A stretch of DNA of 53,296 nucleotides from IMG/VR virus record IMGVR_UViG_3300025769_000158, positions 1 through 53,296 of that record; one strand, 5' to 3'. The translations under genes were made by a program, and so were the position numbers. Positions 8,435-17,779 of the stretch are shown one piece after another. The stretch is from a virus (taxonomy: Duplodnaviria; Caudoviricetes). The notes beneath the pieces were generated by a model. The model made no database searches. It saw only the letters and a program-made list of their open reading frames with translations, and was not told the origin of the DNA. Each line of letters starts with the position of its first letter. The first letter of the stretch is position 1.

Positions 8435-9008
8435 ATACCAGTTCTAGATCAGATATACGCATTCTCCAGTAGGGCTTCCCTTCGATTTGAATTTCGTAGT
8501 CGGAATGTTTTGAGAATCTTACGCGGTCTCCTTTGCGGAGTCCGTTCTCGACCATTTCGGAGGTTAGGAAGGTAATGACGCCGTCGGTGGCTAGTTCTTC
8601 GTCGAAGCTCACAATTTCTAGTAGGTCGCTCTTTAGTTTTTTCTCGGGGCGTATAGGTTCTAGCAGGACCCAATTAGATAGTGGGTGTATGTTTCCTTGC
8701 TGATCCTTGTAGGCGAATGCTTGAGAGTTGATGCTGTCGGTCGGGTGGTATTTTACCTGGTATATGTCTTCCCCGTCGTATTTTATTTGTTGTGATTTTT
8801 CTACTACTACGTGGTGGTGGAAGTATATGGTGTCTCCCTTATTGAATGGGCAGTCATACTTTATGGGTGTGCTTACAACCTCCCCTTCCATAACTCTATG
8901 GGCGAACTCGTCGAACTTTGTTTCTAGGTAGAGTTCTTCGTTGTTGACATTGATGGTGTCCTTGAATCGCTTGGGTATGCGCACAAGGATTGTGGTCATT
9001 GTTTTCAT
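8427..9008 (-). CDS. GroES/Cpn10-like co-chaperonin (two tandem GroES-like halves)
   Basis: HPLSNWVLLEP...G.I...GLRKGDRVRFSKHSDYEIQIEGKPYWRMRISDL, plus an N-terminal GEVVS...KGDTIYF half. Confidence 0.75.
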   Translation of the reverse strand: MKTMTTILVRIPKRFKDTINVNNEELYLETKFDEFAHRVMEGEVVSTPIKYDCPFNKGDTIYFHHHVVVEKSQQIKYDGEDIYQVKYHPTDSINSQAFAYKDQQGNIHPLSNWVLLEPIRPEKKLKSDLLEIVSFDEELATDGVITFLTSEMVENGLRKGDRVRFSKHSDYEIQIEGKPYWRMRISDLELVYG

Positions 9009-9235
9009 TAGAAGTTTAAATTATATTCAACTATGACGGGCAGTCCTTCGATTACTTTCCAGAGCATTACTCCGTCGTCTGATGTTAAATATATTAAATA
9101 TCTTCTAATATTGTGTTTTATTAAATACTTTTCATCAACAACGATATTGTCGATGGTCATCTTCCCTATAGACATTCCTGTATAGTATGCCATGGCGTCT
9201 TTTGGGTTTACGCCTACGATAATCTTTCTGATCAT
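9008..9235 (-). CDS. hypothetical protein
   Basis: 75 aa; TAATG overlap with the GroES-like gene. Confidence 0.7.
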   Translation of the reverse strand: MIRKIIVGVNPKDAMAYYTGMSIGKMTIDNIVVDEKYLIKHNIRRYLIYLTSDDGVMLWKVIEGLPVIVEYNLNF

Positions 9236-9240
9236 TTTAT

Positions 9241-9534
9241 TTAATTTATTCTATCTATCCACCAGTCGATGGTCCCTTCATCGGGTCTGTTTTTAATTTC
9301 TTCAGCGATCATGTTGTCGAGGAAGTCCAGTCCTGTGACCATCACTTCATCGGAGGGTGCTAGTGCGTCGTAGATGGCTTCTATCTGGTTATTTTCTTTA
9401 TTGTATACTCCGGCCATGGCAATGAACACCACTTCATCTTGTAATTCTAAAAGTTCTGCGGTTGCGCGCAGGGAGGAGAGTATGTCGTTGCACAGTTCTA
9501 AAAATTCTTGTTTACTACTTTGATTCTCCTCCAT
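9241..9534 (-). CDS. acidic hypothetical protein
   Basis: 97 aa; first gene after the TATATTTG promoter at 9559-9566. Confidence 0.65.
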   Translation of the reverse strand: MEENQSSKQEFLELCNDILSSLRATAELLELQDEVVFIAMAGVYNKENNQIEAIYDALAPSDEVMVTGLDFLDNMIAEEIKNRPDEGTIDWWIDRIN

Positions 9535-9558
9535 TTTCTTGTAGTTTAGTCGCTATAG

Positions 9559-9566
9559 CAAATATA
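9559..9566 (-). promoter_or_regulatory. TAnnTTTG promoter of the GroES-TerS-TerL unit, divergent from 9575
   Basis: caaatata on the plus strand. Confidence 0.65.
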
Positions 9567-9574
9567 TTATTTTA

Positions 9575-9988
9575 ATGAATAAGAGTGTAGAGGTTCTTTA
9601 CGACTATAGGAATTTCGTTCAGGAGTTTGAGGTTACTCAAAGTCGTGAGCGTAGGAACATCATTTACAAGTATGCATATATAAATGCGTTAAAGCCTTTC
9701 TTGGGATGCAGTGATGCGGGCCATGTCATCGGGTGTAACCACGCTACCATCCTGCATGCTTGGCGCGCTCATGAGACGAACATGCGTTATTCTAGGGACC
9801 GGTTGGAGTATGCTGATATCTATGAGATGTGTGTCAACCGCATCAGTAACAGTATTGGGGATGATTGTGACCCATTGTTCTTTTACACGAAGGGTGAGGT
9901 TATACGTATGTATCGATCATTAGAAAAGAAATACGAGGGTTATGCCAAGGAGCCATATATCGAGTTCGAAGAAATTTCGGGAGTTTAG
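9575..9988 (+). CDS. putative DNA-binding protein (DnaA C-terminal/TrpR-like HTH)
   Basis: SRER...AGHVIGCNHATILHA resembles the G.DH.TV.HA motif of DnaA domain IV. Confidence 0.6.
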   Translation: MNKSVEVLYDYRNFVQEFEVTQSRERRNIIYKYAYINALKPFLGCSDAGHVIGCNHATILHAWRAHETNMRYSRDRLEYADIYEMCVNRISNSIGDDCDPLFFYTKGEVIRMYRSLEKKYEGYAKEPYIEFEEISGV

Positions 9989-10358
9989 TAGGCTCCCTGA
10001 TCGCTACTTGGGTCATAATGGCTTCAAGAATTCTTCTTTGGTCTACCGTAAGATGAGGGAGAAGTATGGGCTTGCCCGCCCGGAGTTAGACTTCATGCTC
10101 TTTATTTACGACCTTGAGTTCTTTACCATCGATTATATATGCCAGGCGTATGAGCAGTCAAAGAAGCAACTCCCCATCAAGGTGTTGTACCCACTTCAGC
10201 GTCGCGGCTATATCTATAAGCACTTTGACAAACTCACTTCAAAGAAGGACCCGGCGGATCAGATGTTTCATAGTGAGACCAAGTTTAACTATCGTGTGCG
10301 CTATGCCCTCTCTCAAAAGGGAAGGTTGATGGTTCAACGCTTTTACAACGAGCTATGA
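9942..10358 (+). CDS. winged-helix (MarR-like) DNA-binding protein
   Basis: L..RGYI...YALSQKGR wing motif. Confidence 0.6.
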   Translation: MPRSHISSSKKFREFSRLPDRYLGHNGFKNSSLVYRKMREKYGLARPELDFMLFIYDLEFFTIDYICQAYEQSKKQLPIKVLYPLQRRGYIYKHFDKLTSKKDPADQMFHSETKFNYRVRYALSQKGRLMVQRFYNEL

Positions 10359-10903
10359 CCTCACTAGAGATTCCACAGTCCCTAAAAGAATTTTGTTGGG
10401 ACATCCTCAAAAACCACAGCCTAGGCCATAGGCATTCCTTCAACGGAAGTAAGGAGGATCAGTACATCGGATTGTTAGGGGAATACATGACCGCTCTTAT
10501 TCTTGAACTCCCCGTAGAATTCATAGAGGGATTTGACGGAGGTTACGACCTCCTTTACAAAGGGTATAAGATCGACGTTAAGACCATGGGAAGAACAGTT
10601 GATCCCAAGCCTCACTATGTAAACAACTTCGTAGGATACCAAGAAGATCTAGATTGCGATATCCTCATGTTCACCTCCATAAACAAGAAGACCTCTACCT
10701 ACACCTTGTGCGGATGGATATTCAAATCCGAATTCCTGGAAAAAGCAAAATACTTCCCCATAGGAGCAAAAAGAAAAAGAGACGATGGATCAGAACTTAC
10801 CGTTCAAGCTCCACTCTACGAAATAACCAATAACCAATTAAGAACAGTTCAAACAAACAATATCAAGTCTCCAGACTCAACATCATCCCAGAACTCACAG
10901 TAG
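10355..10903 (+). CDS. PD-(D/E)XK restriction-endonuclease-fold protein
   Basis: GLLGEY...DGGYDL...KIDVKT pattern. Confidence 0.55.
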   Translation: MTSLEIPQSLKEFCWDILKNHSLGHRHSFNGSKEDQYIGLLGEYMTALILELPVEFIEGFDGGYDLLYKGYKIDVKTMGRTVDPKPHYVNNFVGYQEDLDCDILMFTSINKKTSTYTLCGWIFKSEFLEKAKYFPIGAKRKRDDGSELTVQAPLYEITNNQLRTVQTNNIKSPDSTSSQNSQ

Positions 10904-11667
10904 CATTGCTCCTGATCCGTGCAATCACACATGATTAACCCCCCATTAAAAATTAGACATAGTATCCCCTAATTCAACTTCAAATCAAGATTGCAATCTA
11001 CATTCTTGATGTATGCGGTTGCCCCTCAAAGGCAAACCGCCTATCTCTCGATCTAGAAGATAAGCAAAGTTACAACTTATTTTTGATTAAATCAAGTCCC
11101 AAATGAGACAAAGTTTAAAGGCAACTGCCCCATAAAACCTAAAGGAACAGTTTAACACAAGGAGGGAAAACCCTTGAAAACCAATGAGTTACACCACAAA
11201 GTTAAAGGATCACTTTAAGCCAAAAAAACAACCTGGAAATATAGAGCGTGGGGATTATACGCTATATGACAGCGTGAGCGAGAGAGAACCAAAACGATAA
11301 TCCAAACCCACCCCCCAACCCGGACCAACCAAATCCGAAAAACATTTGGCGTTTTACCTCAACCTCCTCAAGATCAGAGAACTAAACCCACATACCTACA
11401 CCATCAAGTTAAACATCAAGACCTAATCGATTGCTAACGAGACAATTGCGCGACTCGCGTTCGCAACCCTAGATGGTTGACAATCCACCCCCCGGATTTC
11501 GTACGCTCATCATGTTAACTAAATAGATACCACATGTTTACCTATCCTTACTTCTAGACTGTATTTAGGTACCAGGCCTTATTGTGTTGATTATTAGTCG
11601 TTTACCCATTTCAATTCTCCTTGGGTAATTGTCCTTGTTTTTTCTTTGTCTTTTATCCTAGGTATGC

Positions 11668-11715
11668 TATCTTAATGGTGTACCAATCGGTACGATGTTC
11701 TTTGACATATGGGCA
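11668..11715 (+). promoter_or_regulatory. early promoter + hairpin + boxA-like element (copy 1)
   Basis: TATCTTAA, hairpin GTACC-aatc-GGTAC (11680-11693), GTTCTTTGACAT (11697-11708), then ATGGGCA. Confidence 0.65.
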
Positions 11716-11769
11716 TTTTTCTAACCACCTATGAAGGGGTCTCCTTCATGGGCTAAATCTTTATTTATT

Positions 11770-12426
11770 ATGAGACATTTAAATTTGTCAACGATGATTG
11801 AATCATCACTCGAAACCTACCAACATGTGGTAGCGGAAATCGCAAAAGAGATTGTGAAGTCAATGAAACTATCCGACAAAGGATTTGAGACAATTGATGA
11901 CCTAATCAATAGGGAGTTCAATGAAGCATTCTATGTTGATTTGAACATCCTAAATGAGGCCGAAAATCTTCTCAATGAATTCCTGGATTGTGCCAAAGCT
12001 TTGGATGTTGACCAAGTCAACGGAGCGGCTAGTGACAACCTCACTTTCTTTTGTGAACTAGGAGAAAAAGACAACTACTTGATAGGAGTTTTGAAGCGAT
12101 TAGAACGCCGAATGACCCTTAAGACTTTGTTGGACATTGAGCGGTCCCCGACACAAATCGACTACGGCATGCACGCGTTGGATGCAAAAGATTTGAGGGG
12201 AGTTCGTTTAGGTATGAAACCGGATAATGACTTCATCTTATTTCAAGCGTTCATCCACTCCCTTGAATTAGGCAAAAACATCCATGACCTTGAAATCATG
12301 TTTGATGTACGACCGATGGGGGAGAAGTTTGATGCGCTAGGCCATCGAGTTGAGTTCGATTGTGATACCATGGAACTTGCTAACATTCAATTAGAGCAAG
12401 AACTCAAAACGGGCATGAATTTATGA
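11770..12426 (+). CDS. early hypothetical protein (acidic)
   Basis: The track starts at 11731; the ATG at 11770 after an AT-rich leader is more likely. Confidence 0.7.
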   Translation: MRHLNLSTMIESSLETYQHVVAEIAKEIVKSMKLSDKGFETIDDLINREFNEAFYVDLNILNEAENLLNEFLDCAKALDVDQVNGAASDNLTFFCELGEKDNYLIGVLKRLERRMTLKTLLDIERSPTQIDYGMHALDAKDLRGVRLGMKPDNDFILFQAFIHSLELGKNIHDLEIMFDVRPMGEKFDALGHRVEFDCDTMELANIQLEQELKTGMNL

Positions 12427-12508
12427 TGTGCCTAGTCCTGATCCTAATCCTCGCGCCCTTACTTATTGAAGTAGGGGAGGTGATACAAATCTTCAAAAGA
12501 AAGTAGTT

Positions 12509-12775
12509 ATGACAAAGAAAGAAAAAGATGCAATGTGGGGGTTCATTATGGTGAACCTCGATGAAGTGTTAGATGATATCCTTCACGAGAAAGCAAGAAG
12601 GTACATGGATGACCTAGATGAAATCATCAAGGACAAACACCGGATTGATGGATGCTATGAATGTGAATTGAGTTTAGATGAGTTCTTATGTGAATATCAA
12701 GACTTACTCACATCGGCTCAATCGAATGAAGGATACGCTATCCTCGATGCATTCTCCGTAGTACGGAGGCACTAG
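12509..12775 (+). CDS. early acidic hypothetical protein
   Basis: 88 aa followed by an intrinsic terminator. Confidence 0.65.
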   Translation: MTKKEKDAMWGFIMVNLDEVLDDILHEKARRYMDDLDEIIKDKHRIDGCYECELSLDEFLCEYQDLLTSAQSNEGYAILDAFSVVRRH

Positions 12776-12781
12776 CAATTA

Positions 12782-12808
12782 ACCCTCGCCATCGGCGGGG
12801 GTTTTTTT
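12782..12808 (+). terminator. intrinsic terminator
   Basis: accctcgcc-atc-ggcgggggt followed by a T-run. Confidence 0.85.
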
Positions 12809-12974
12809 ATGCTCAAAAATGGATGACAAGATCTTGTTGGGCGATTCGCTAACCCCTATAAACACTAGGATTTTATATAGGGGCGACCCCTGGCCGATGA
12901 AGTTCAAGATTTACATGGGCGGTGCTTCAAGATTAAGAGCAAGGATATGAGTTGCATAATTAGTTATAAGGTGC

Positions 12975-13021
12975 TATATTAGGGTATCGCTTCGGCGGTC
13001 ACGTTCTTTGACATGTGGGCA
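12975..13021 (+). promoter_or_regulatory. early promoter + UUCG hairpin + boxA-like element (copy 2)
   Basis: TATATTAG, ATCGC-TTCG-GCGGT (12986-12999), GTTCTTTGACAT (13003-13014), then GTGGGCA. Confidence 0.65.
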
Positions 13022-13071
13022 CAACTAAATCCAACCGCTCCTCCTATGAGGGGCACAAATCTTTTATTGTT

Positions 13072-13749
13072 ATGAAAACGATTGAATTATTATTCACTTA
13101 CTTGAAAGTGATGAACGAGCAAGGCTTGAAGGGAAAGAAAACAACCATGAAAATGATTGCAATCTTGAACGGCACGAATGAAGAGAAGAAGTCGGATTTG
13201 ATGTTGAAGATGATTGCAAATGGAGCACCAACGAGTACTGTACTTTACATCCATCACGACATCGCTAGACATATGGCTTCATTAGAGGTGCAAGGGTTAC
13301 TACCTAAACTACCACCTAATATGAGGGGCCACTACGATACAAACTTCAAATCTTACAAAATTAGAGGCCTCATCACTTACAATCGAGATGGTGTTGAAAT
13401 CACCAAACTTGGTCTCCAATACTTGGATGAACCAAACAAGTACAAGGAAGAAAGAAAGCAACAACTTGCTCTTCAAGAAGCAAGGCTAGAAGGATTCAAA
13501 ATTGGTCGCAAAAGAGAAAGTGAAGTCAACTTCTACAACGACAATTTTGTCTTTGGAAGATTGCTTGAACGGATGGTTGAATTGGAGAAACAATACAACC
13601 TATATTCTTGTGACATGGTCCATGACCAAGATGCACTTTTTGATATTCAAAGTGAACTTTTAGACATCATGATTGCGATGAACAATCGCACAAATGTCAT
13701 CAACCTTGTGAAAGAATTACCTTACTTGTTTACGCGAGTAAAAGTCTAA
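13072..13749 (+). CDS. early hypothetical protein, possible winged helix + coiled coil
   Basis: RGLITY...EITKLGLQYL wing-like motif; ATG at 13072 preferred over 13015. Confidence 0.65.
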   Translation: MKTIELLFTYLKVMNEQGLKGKKTTMKMIAILNGTNEEKKSDLMLKMIANGAPTSTVLYIHHDIARHMASLEVQGLLPKLPPNMRGHYDTNFKSYKIRGLITYNRDGVEITKLGLQYLDEPNKYKEERKQQLALQEARLEGFKIGRKRESEVNFYNDNFVFGRLLERMVELEKQYNLYSCDMVHDQDALFDIQSELLDIMIAMNNRTNVINLVKELPYLFTRVKV

Positions 13750-13755
13750 AACTAG

Positions 13756-13787
13756 ACCCTCATCGGGAAATCGATGGGGGTTTTTTT
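13756..13787 (+). terminator. intrinsic terminator
   Basis: accctcatcg-ggaaat-cgatgggggt followed by a T-run. Confidence 0.85.
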
Positions 13788-14018
13788 ATGCCCATACCTC
13801 ACTCCTGATCGGTGGAAATTTGACGAAATCAAGATTCACATGGGAAGTTCTTGGGCGGTTTTTTGGCTTGAGGCCCGGGTGTTTTTCCTTGCTCGAAATG
13901 TTGAAATCCACCCCCTTGAATCGCCCTTGATTTTTCCTCCCTCATCGACCCCTGGACTGTAACTTTTGAAAGATCTCGAGCTCGAAAAAAAACTCCCCCT
14001 CGCAACCCCTATATCGTT

Positions 14019-14076
<58 letters not shown>

Positions 14077-14081
14077 ATCTT

Positions 14082-14429
14082 TTATTCTTCATCGCCTTCA
14101 ATGAAGAGTGTGAGGAGTTTTACGGATTCATCGAGGATGCCATCTTGTACATCTATCTCGAATATTGATTGAACATATCTAGGCATAAGGGTTTCAATCA
14201 TCTCTTGAGTGGAGTCTTCGGTAAGTCCTCCGAACTCATTAAAGTCGTAGTAGTCGTTAATTGCATCAAGCAATTGAGTTGTGCTTAAACTATTGTTGAT
14301 GTTGTAGGTGTCAACTACACTATGGAAGAAGTGTTTGTTTTGGTACATGGCTTCCATTACTTCGCTAGTTCCTCTAGCGACTACACTTTCTTGAAGCAAA
14401 CGAATTGCAAGGTTACTGATCTTACTCAT
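14082..14429 (-). CDS. stand-alone acidic hypothetical protein
   Basis: 115 aa with its own promoter-like TATCTTTA (about 14455-14462, minus) and its own terminator. Confidence 0.7.
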   Translation of the reverse strand: MSKISNLAIRLLQESVVARGTSEVMEAMYQNKHFFHSVVDTYNINNSLSTTQLLDAINDYYDFNEFGGLTEDSTQEMIETLMPRYVQSIFEIDVQDGILDESVKLLTLFIEGDEE

Positions 14430-14732
14430 GATAAAGGATTTTTAGTTAGTGGTATAAAGATATGCAAAATATCCTACCAAACAAGCCGGTGTAACTAAAA
14501 AAACAAATAATCGACTCATCAAGAATTAGTTGGAGTTAAAGTATCACTTTAAGTACGGACCATAAAAGCCTGGTAAACAAGGTGTTGACACGCTATAGTT
14601 AAACCAAATTTTAGGAGTGACCCATACATATATATAATAAGAGTGAGAGAGAGCGTAAAATATTTTATCCTATGTGTTGCATGTTTAAAATATCCTACTT
14701 ACATTTACCTCACTAACTAAAATTTATTTGTC

Positions 14733-15347
14733 ATGAAAGATTTAATTGATCAGTCGCTACAAGTCGGCACAGTCGTAAAGTTCGAAGCGAGCAACATCCA
14801 GGGAATTGGGATTATCTTGGGGCAATCCAAAATCTCAAAGTACTACCTCGTACACTACAAGAACTACCCATCACTAACCTACAACCTCAACCGCTCGAAC
14901 ATGGCGTACATCACTCAAGATGAGATTACCGAAGTATGTGATACCGGAGCTCGTGTTTGCAACATAACGAGCAAGCCTATGAATGAGGGCTACCTATGGG
15001 AAGGCGGAATACTCTACTGTAAAGAGGATAAAGATTGTGCCGATGAAATTAGAAGAGAGATAAGAGAAGACATCGCATGGGCTAATGAAGACAAGGTCTC
15101 TTACGAAGGAAAAGAGTTTAGTAAGGAAGAACTCCTCAATATGGATGATATCAAGTTGATTGATATATACTACGAAATTAGCGAGGAGGTAGGCTTTGAA
15201 TTCTACTACACCGATTGGGACCTAGAAGATGCCGTTGAGAATGGAGATGGATGGTTTGTTCTTGATGGAGAGACCGAAAACATCTTTGACATCTTCAACT
15301 ACGCCGAAGTAAAGCAATGCCTGATCGCGGGTACAATTTTAAAATAA
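14733..15347 (+). CDS. hypothetical protein
   Basis: 204 aa; first gene of the middle unit. Confidence 0.7.
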   Translation: MKDLIDQSLQVGTVVKFEASNIQGIGIILGQSKISKYYLVHYKNYPSLTYNLNRSNMAYITQDEITEVCDTGARVCNITSKPMNEGYLWEGGILYCKEDKDCADEIRREIREDIAWANEDKVSYEGKEFSKEELLNMDDIKLIDIYYEISEEVGFEFYYTDWDLEDAVENGDGWFVLDGETENIFDIFNYAEVKQCLIAGTILK

Positions 15348-15353
15348 TATATC

Positions 15354-15530
15354 ATGCTAGAAGAAAAATTCAAAGCCTACTTGAACATACAAGAGGTAGG
15401 GTGCTACAACATGTTTGACCCAAGAGCGAGAGAACTCGCTCAAGAAATGAGCGGGATTGAGATTAGTCGTAAAGACTGGTCCTACATCATGGCCAACTAC
15501 GAACAATTAAAAAATACGTACGATGTCTAG
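15354..15530 (+). CDS. small hypothetical protein (58 aa)
   Basis: MLEEKFKAYLNIQEVGCYNMFDPRARELAQ..., read manually; fills the gap between ORFs. Confidence 0.65.
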   Translation: MLEEKFKAYLNIQEVGCYNMFDPRARELAQEMSGIEISRKDWSYIMANYEQLKNTYDV

Positions 15531-15732
15531 ATACTATAGAGCCGTAGAAACCGCTCACGTGAGGGTGGAGGCAACCATAAAGATTGTTGTTAAAGGGAGG
15601 GCCAATATGCAATCCTTTGATGATATGGATTTCGTGCACGATATGCTAGGCATAGGAGAATACGAATTGGTAGAGTTGATAAATGATTCTATTGAGATCA
15701 GCGACCGGGAAACTGAAATTGAGGACTATTAA
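15523..15732 (+). CDS. hypothetical protein
   Basis: 69 aa, tightly packed. Confidence 0.55.
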   Translation: MSRYYRAVETAHVRVEATIKIVVKGRANMQSFDDMDFVHDMLGIGEYELVELINDSIEISDRETEIEDY

Positions 15733-15733
15733 T

Positions 15734-15892
15734 ATGGACAAAGAACTAGAAAGACAAGTGGAGCGTGCCCTCGAATACCTCGAGGATGCATGCTTCATTT
15801 TTGGGATGAGAGAAAACTCCCTATACATCAATAAGATGAGGGAGGTACAAAAAACTATTTTAACACTTAAAGAAAAGATCGATGGCAAGTAA
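15734..15892 (+). CDS. hypothetical protein (52 aa)
   Basis: ATG 1 nt after the previous stop. Confidence 0.55.
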   Translation: MDKELERQVERALEYLEDACFIFGMRENSLYINKMREVQKTILTLKEKIDGK

Positions 15893-16253
15893 GAATTTGA
15901 CCCAAAAGATTCTTGAGTTTATCAAGATTGAGCGACCAGAGCAACTCGTTCAAATACAATCTTACATCCGAGCGGTTAACGGCTCGAGTGTAACAAAGCT
16001 CAAGGGATACTACTCCTCAAATATATCGAGGCTAGTAGAGAATGGACTCTTGGAAAAGAAGTCAAGAGGTGTGTACCAAGTGACTGATCTAGGAGAAATA
16101 TATATCGAAGATAGAGTAAGAGCACAACGCATCATTAGAAGCCAACGAGATTCGGTAAGAATCCAAAAGGCTATTCAATTGATAGATGAAGTGCGAGAGG
16201 GAATCCTCCTAGGAGAGATTAAAGAGGGAGACAGTGTAACCATAAAAGTATAA
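15882..16253 (+). CDS. winged-helix DNA-binding protein
   Basis: ISRLVENGLLEKKSRGVYQVTDLG. Confidence 0.65.
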   Translation: MASKNLTQKILEFIKIERPEQLVQIQSYIRAVNGSSVTKLKGYYSSNISRLVENGLLEKKSRGVYQVTDLGEIYIEDRVRAQRIIRSQRDSVRIQKAIQLIDEVREGILLGEIKEGDSVTIKV

Positions 16254-16255
16254 TC

Positions 16256-16435
16256 ATGCTACTAACAAAAAGAGCGCGCCGACACAAAATGATCAGTAAT
16301 CTAGAGCGCACAGTAAAGGAGCTCGATGCTAAAATAGTGAGCGGCGAAGACGACCAAACAGATTACCTCATCGCGAGTTTATTTGCTATTTCACAGCAAC
16401 TAAAAATACTTGCAGATGACTTCACAAACGACTAA
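16256..16435 (+). CDS. small hypothetical protein (59 aa)
   Basis: MLLTKRARRHKMISNLERTVKELD..., read manually. Confidence 0.55.
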   Translation: MLLTKRARRHKMISNLERTVKELDAKIVSGEDDQTDYLIASLFAISQQLKILADDFTND

Positions 16436-16461
16436 ATTGCAACTAATTAAATTTAATAACT

Positions 16462-16995
16462 ATGGCTAAACACCAATTCAAAACCACCAACATTCGTGGT
16501 AAGGAATACGTAGAGGTAAATCAGCGTATCCTTTATTTCCGCACCGCTCCTGAATACAAGGGGTGGGCATTGTGTACCGAGATGGTACACCTCGACAATG
16601 AATCTTGTGTAATCAAAGCAATCATATCTGATCCTGAAGGTCGCGAGATAGCCACCGGCTTTGCTCAAGAAGACCGCACAAGTTCACACATCAATAAGAC
16701 CAGTTATATCGAGAATGGAGAGACCTCGGCATGGGGTCGTGCACTTGCTAACCTAGGCATTGGTATAGAAACTTCTATCGCTTCAAGCAATGAGGTAGCC
16801 ATGGCCGTAGCCAAGCAAGATTCAGCGCCCAAGGCGGTAAAGACCGCTCCTAAAACGAATGTCTTTGAAGATGCCGTTGAATACATAAAGAAGTCCAAGG
16901 ACAAACCAGGCGCATACGACCGCATCATCGGTAAGTATGGGGAGACCTTTAGCGAGAAGCAAAAAGAAGCCCTCATGAAATTCGTTAAGAAATAA
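16462..16995 (+). CDS. single-strand annealing protein (Rad52/Sak-like)
   Basis: GKEYVEVNQR...ATGFAQE...IENGETSAWGRALANLGIG; adjacent to the exonuclease. Confidence 0.75.
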   Translation: MAKHQFKTTNIRGKEYVEVNQRILYFRTAPEYKGWALCTEMVHLDNESCVIKAIISDPEGREIATGFAQEDRTSSHINKTSYIENGETSAWGRALANLGIGIETSIASSNEVAMAVAKQDSAPKAVKTAPKTNVFEDAVEYIKKSKDKPGAYDRIIGKYGETFSEKQKEALMKFVKK

Positions 16996-17762
16996 TGGAG
17001 TTTGCTAATAAACTAGTAAATAAAGTAGGGAAGGAATACCTTTCCTACTCCTCCATTAAGTATGCCCTACAAGACATGCGCTTGTGGGAGATGTACATGT
17101 CGGGACAGTTGAAGAAGACATCGCAAGCACTATCTTTTGGATCAGTATATGACTGTCTTTTATTTGAACCCGAGAAGTATGAGGAGCGGTTCGTTACTTT
17201 TGATGACAGTGAAATCATCAAGGAGATAGGTGGTAAATCGCCACGAGCTACATCAAAGTATAAGGTGTGGAAAGATGAACTGATCGCTCAATCGAAAGAA
17301 CGCAAACTAGAAGTAGTGAGTGAGGAAGACTTTATGATGGCGCTTGATATGATAAACCGACTTGATGAGACAGGCCTTAAGGATAGTTTTCTTACCGGAG
17401 AGGTCCAAGTAGAATTCAATTCTTTTATTGATGAGGTGCCGGTCCGCGGTTTTCTAGACTGTAAGGGCGATACCTTTATAACCGATAGTAAGAGCTGCCG
17501 ATCAGTAAAAGGGTTTGGTAGAGATGTGTTTTCTTTTGGTTATGATATCCAAGCATACATCTACACAAGCGTGTTCCCGGGTCACGACTACTACTGGGTT
17601 GCACAAGAAAAATCTTATCCGTACCTTCCAGCGTTAGTTAAAGCATCGGAAGATACCTTAATGAGGGGAAAGCAAAAGTATGATACGGCTATCGATAGGA
17701 TTATGAGTTACCTTGATAGCGATGCACCGACCGAAACTTTCTTCGCACAATTTGAAGTTTAA
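16995..17762 (+). CDS. PD-(D/E)XK exonuclease (RecE/ExoVIII-like)
   Basis: LSYSSIK, FGS..DC, RGFLD...DSKS and YDIQAYIY motifs. Confidence 0.8.
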   Translation: MEFANKLVNKVGKEYLSYSSIKYALQDMRLWEMYMSGQLKKTSQALSFGSVYDCLLFEPEKYEERFVTFDDSEIIKEIGGKSPRATSKYKVWKDELIAQSKERKLEVVSEEDFMMALDMINRLDETGLKDSFLTGEVQVEFNSFIDEVPVRGFLDCKGDTFITDSKSCRSVKGFGRDVFSFGYDIQAYIYTSVFPGHDYYWVAQEKSYPYLPALVKASEDTLMRGKQKYDTAIDRIMSYLDSDAPTETFFAQFEV

Positions 17763-17779
17763 TTTAAATCTATATTGTC

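Noticed and set aside
13774-13962. 62-aa ORF after the terminator
   Set aside because: It starts inside the terminator hairpin and spans the repeated spacer motifs; probably non-coding.
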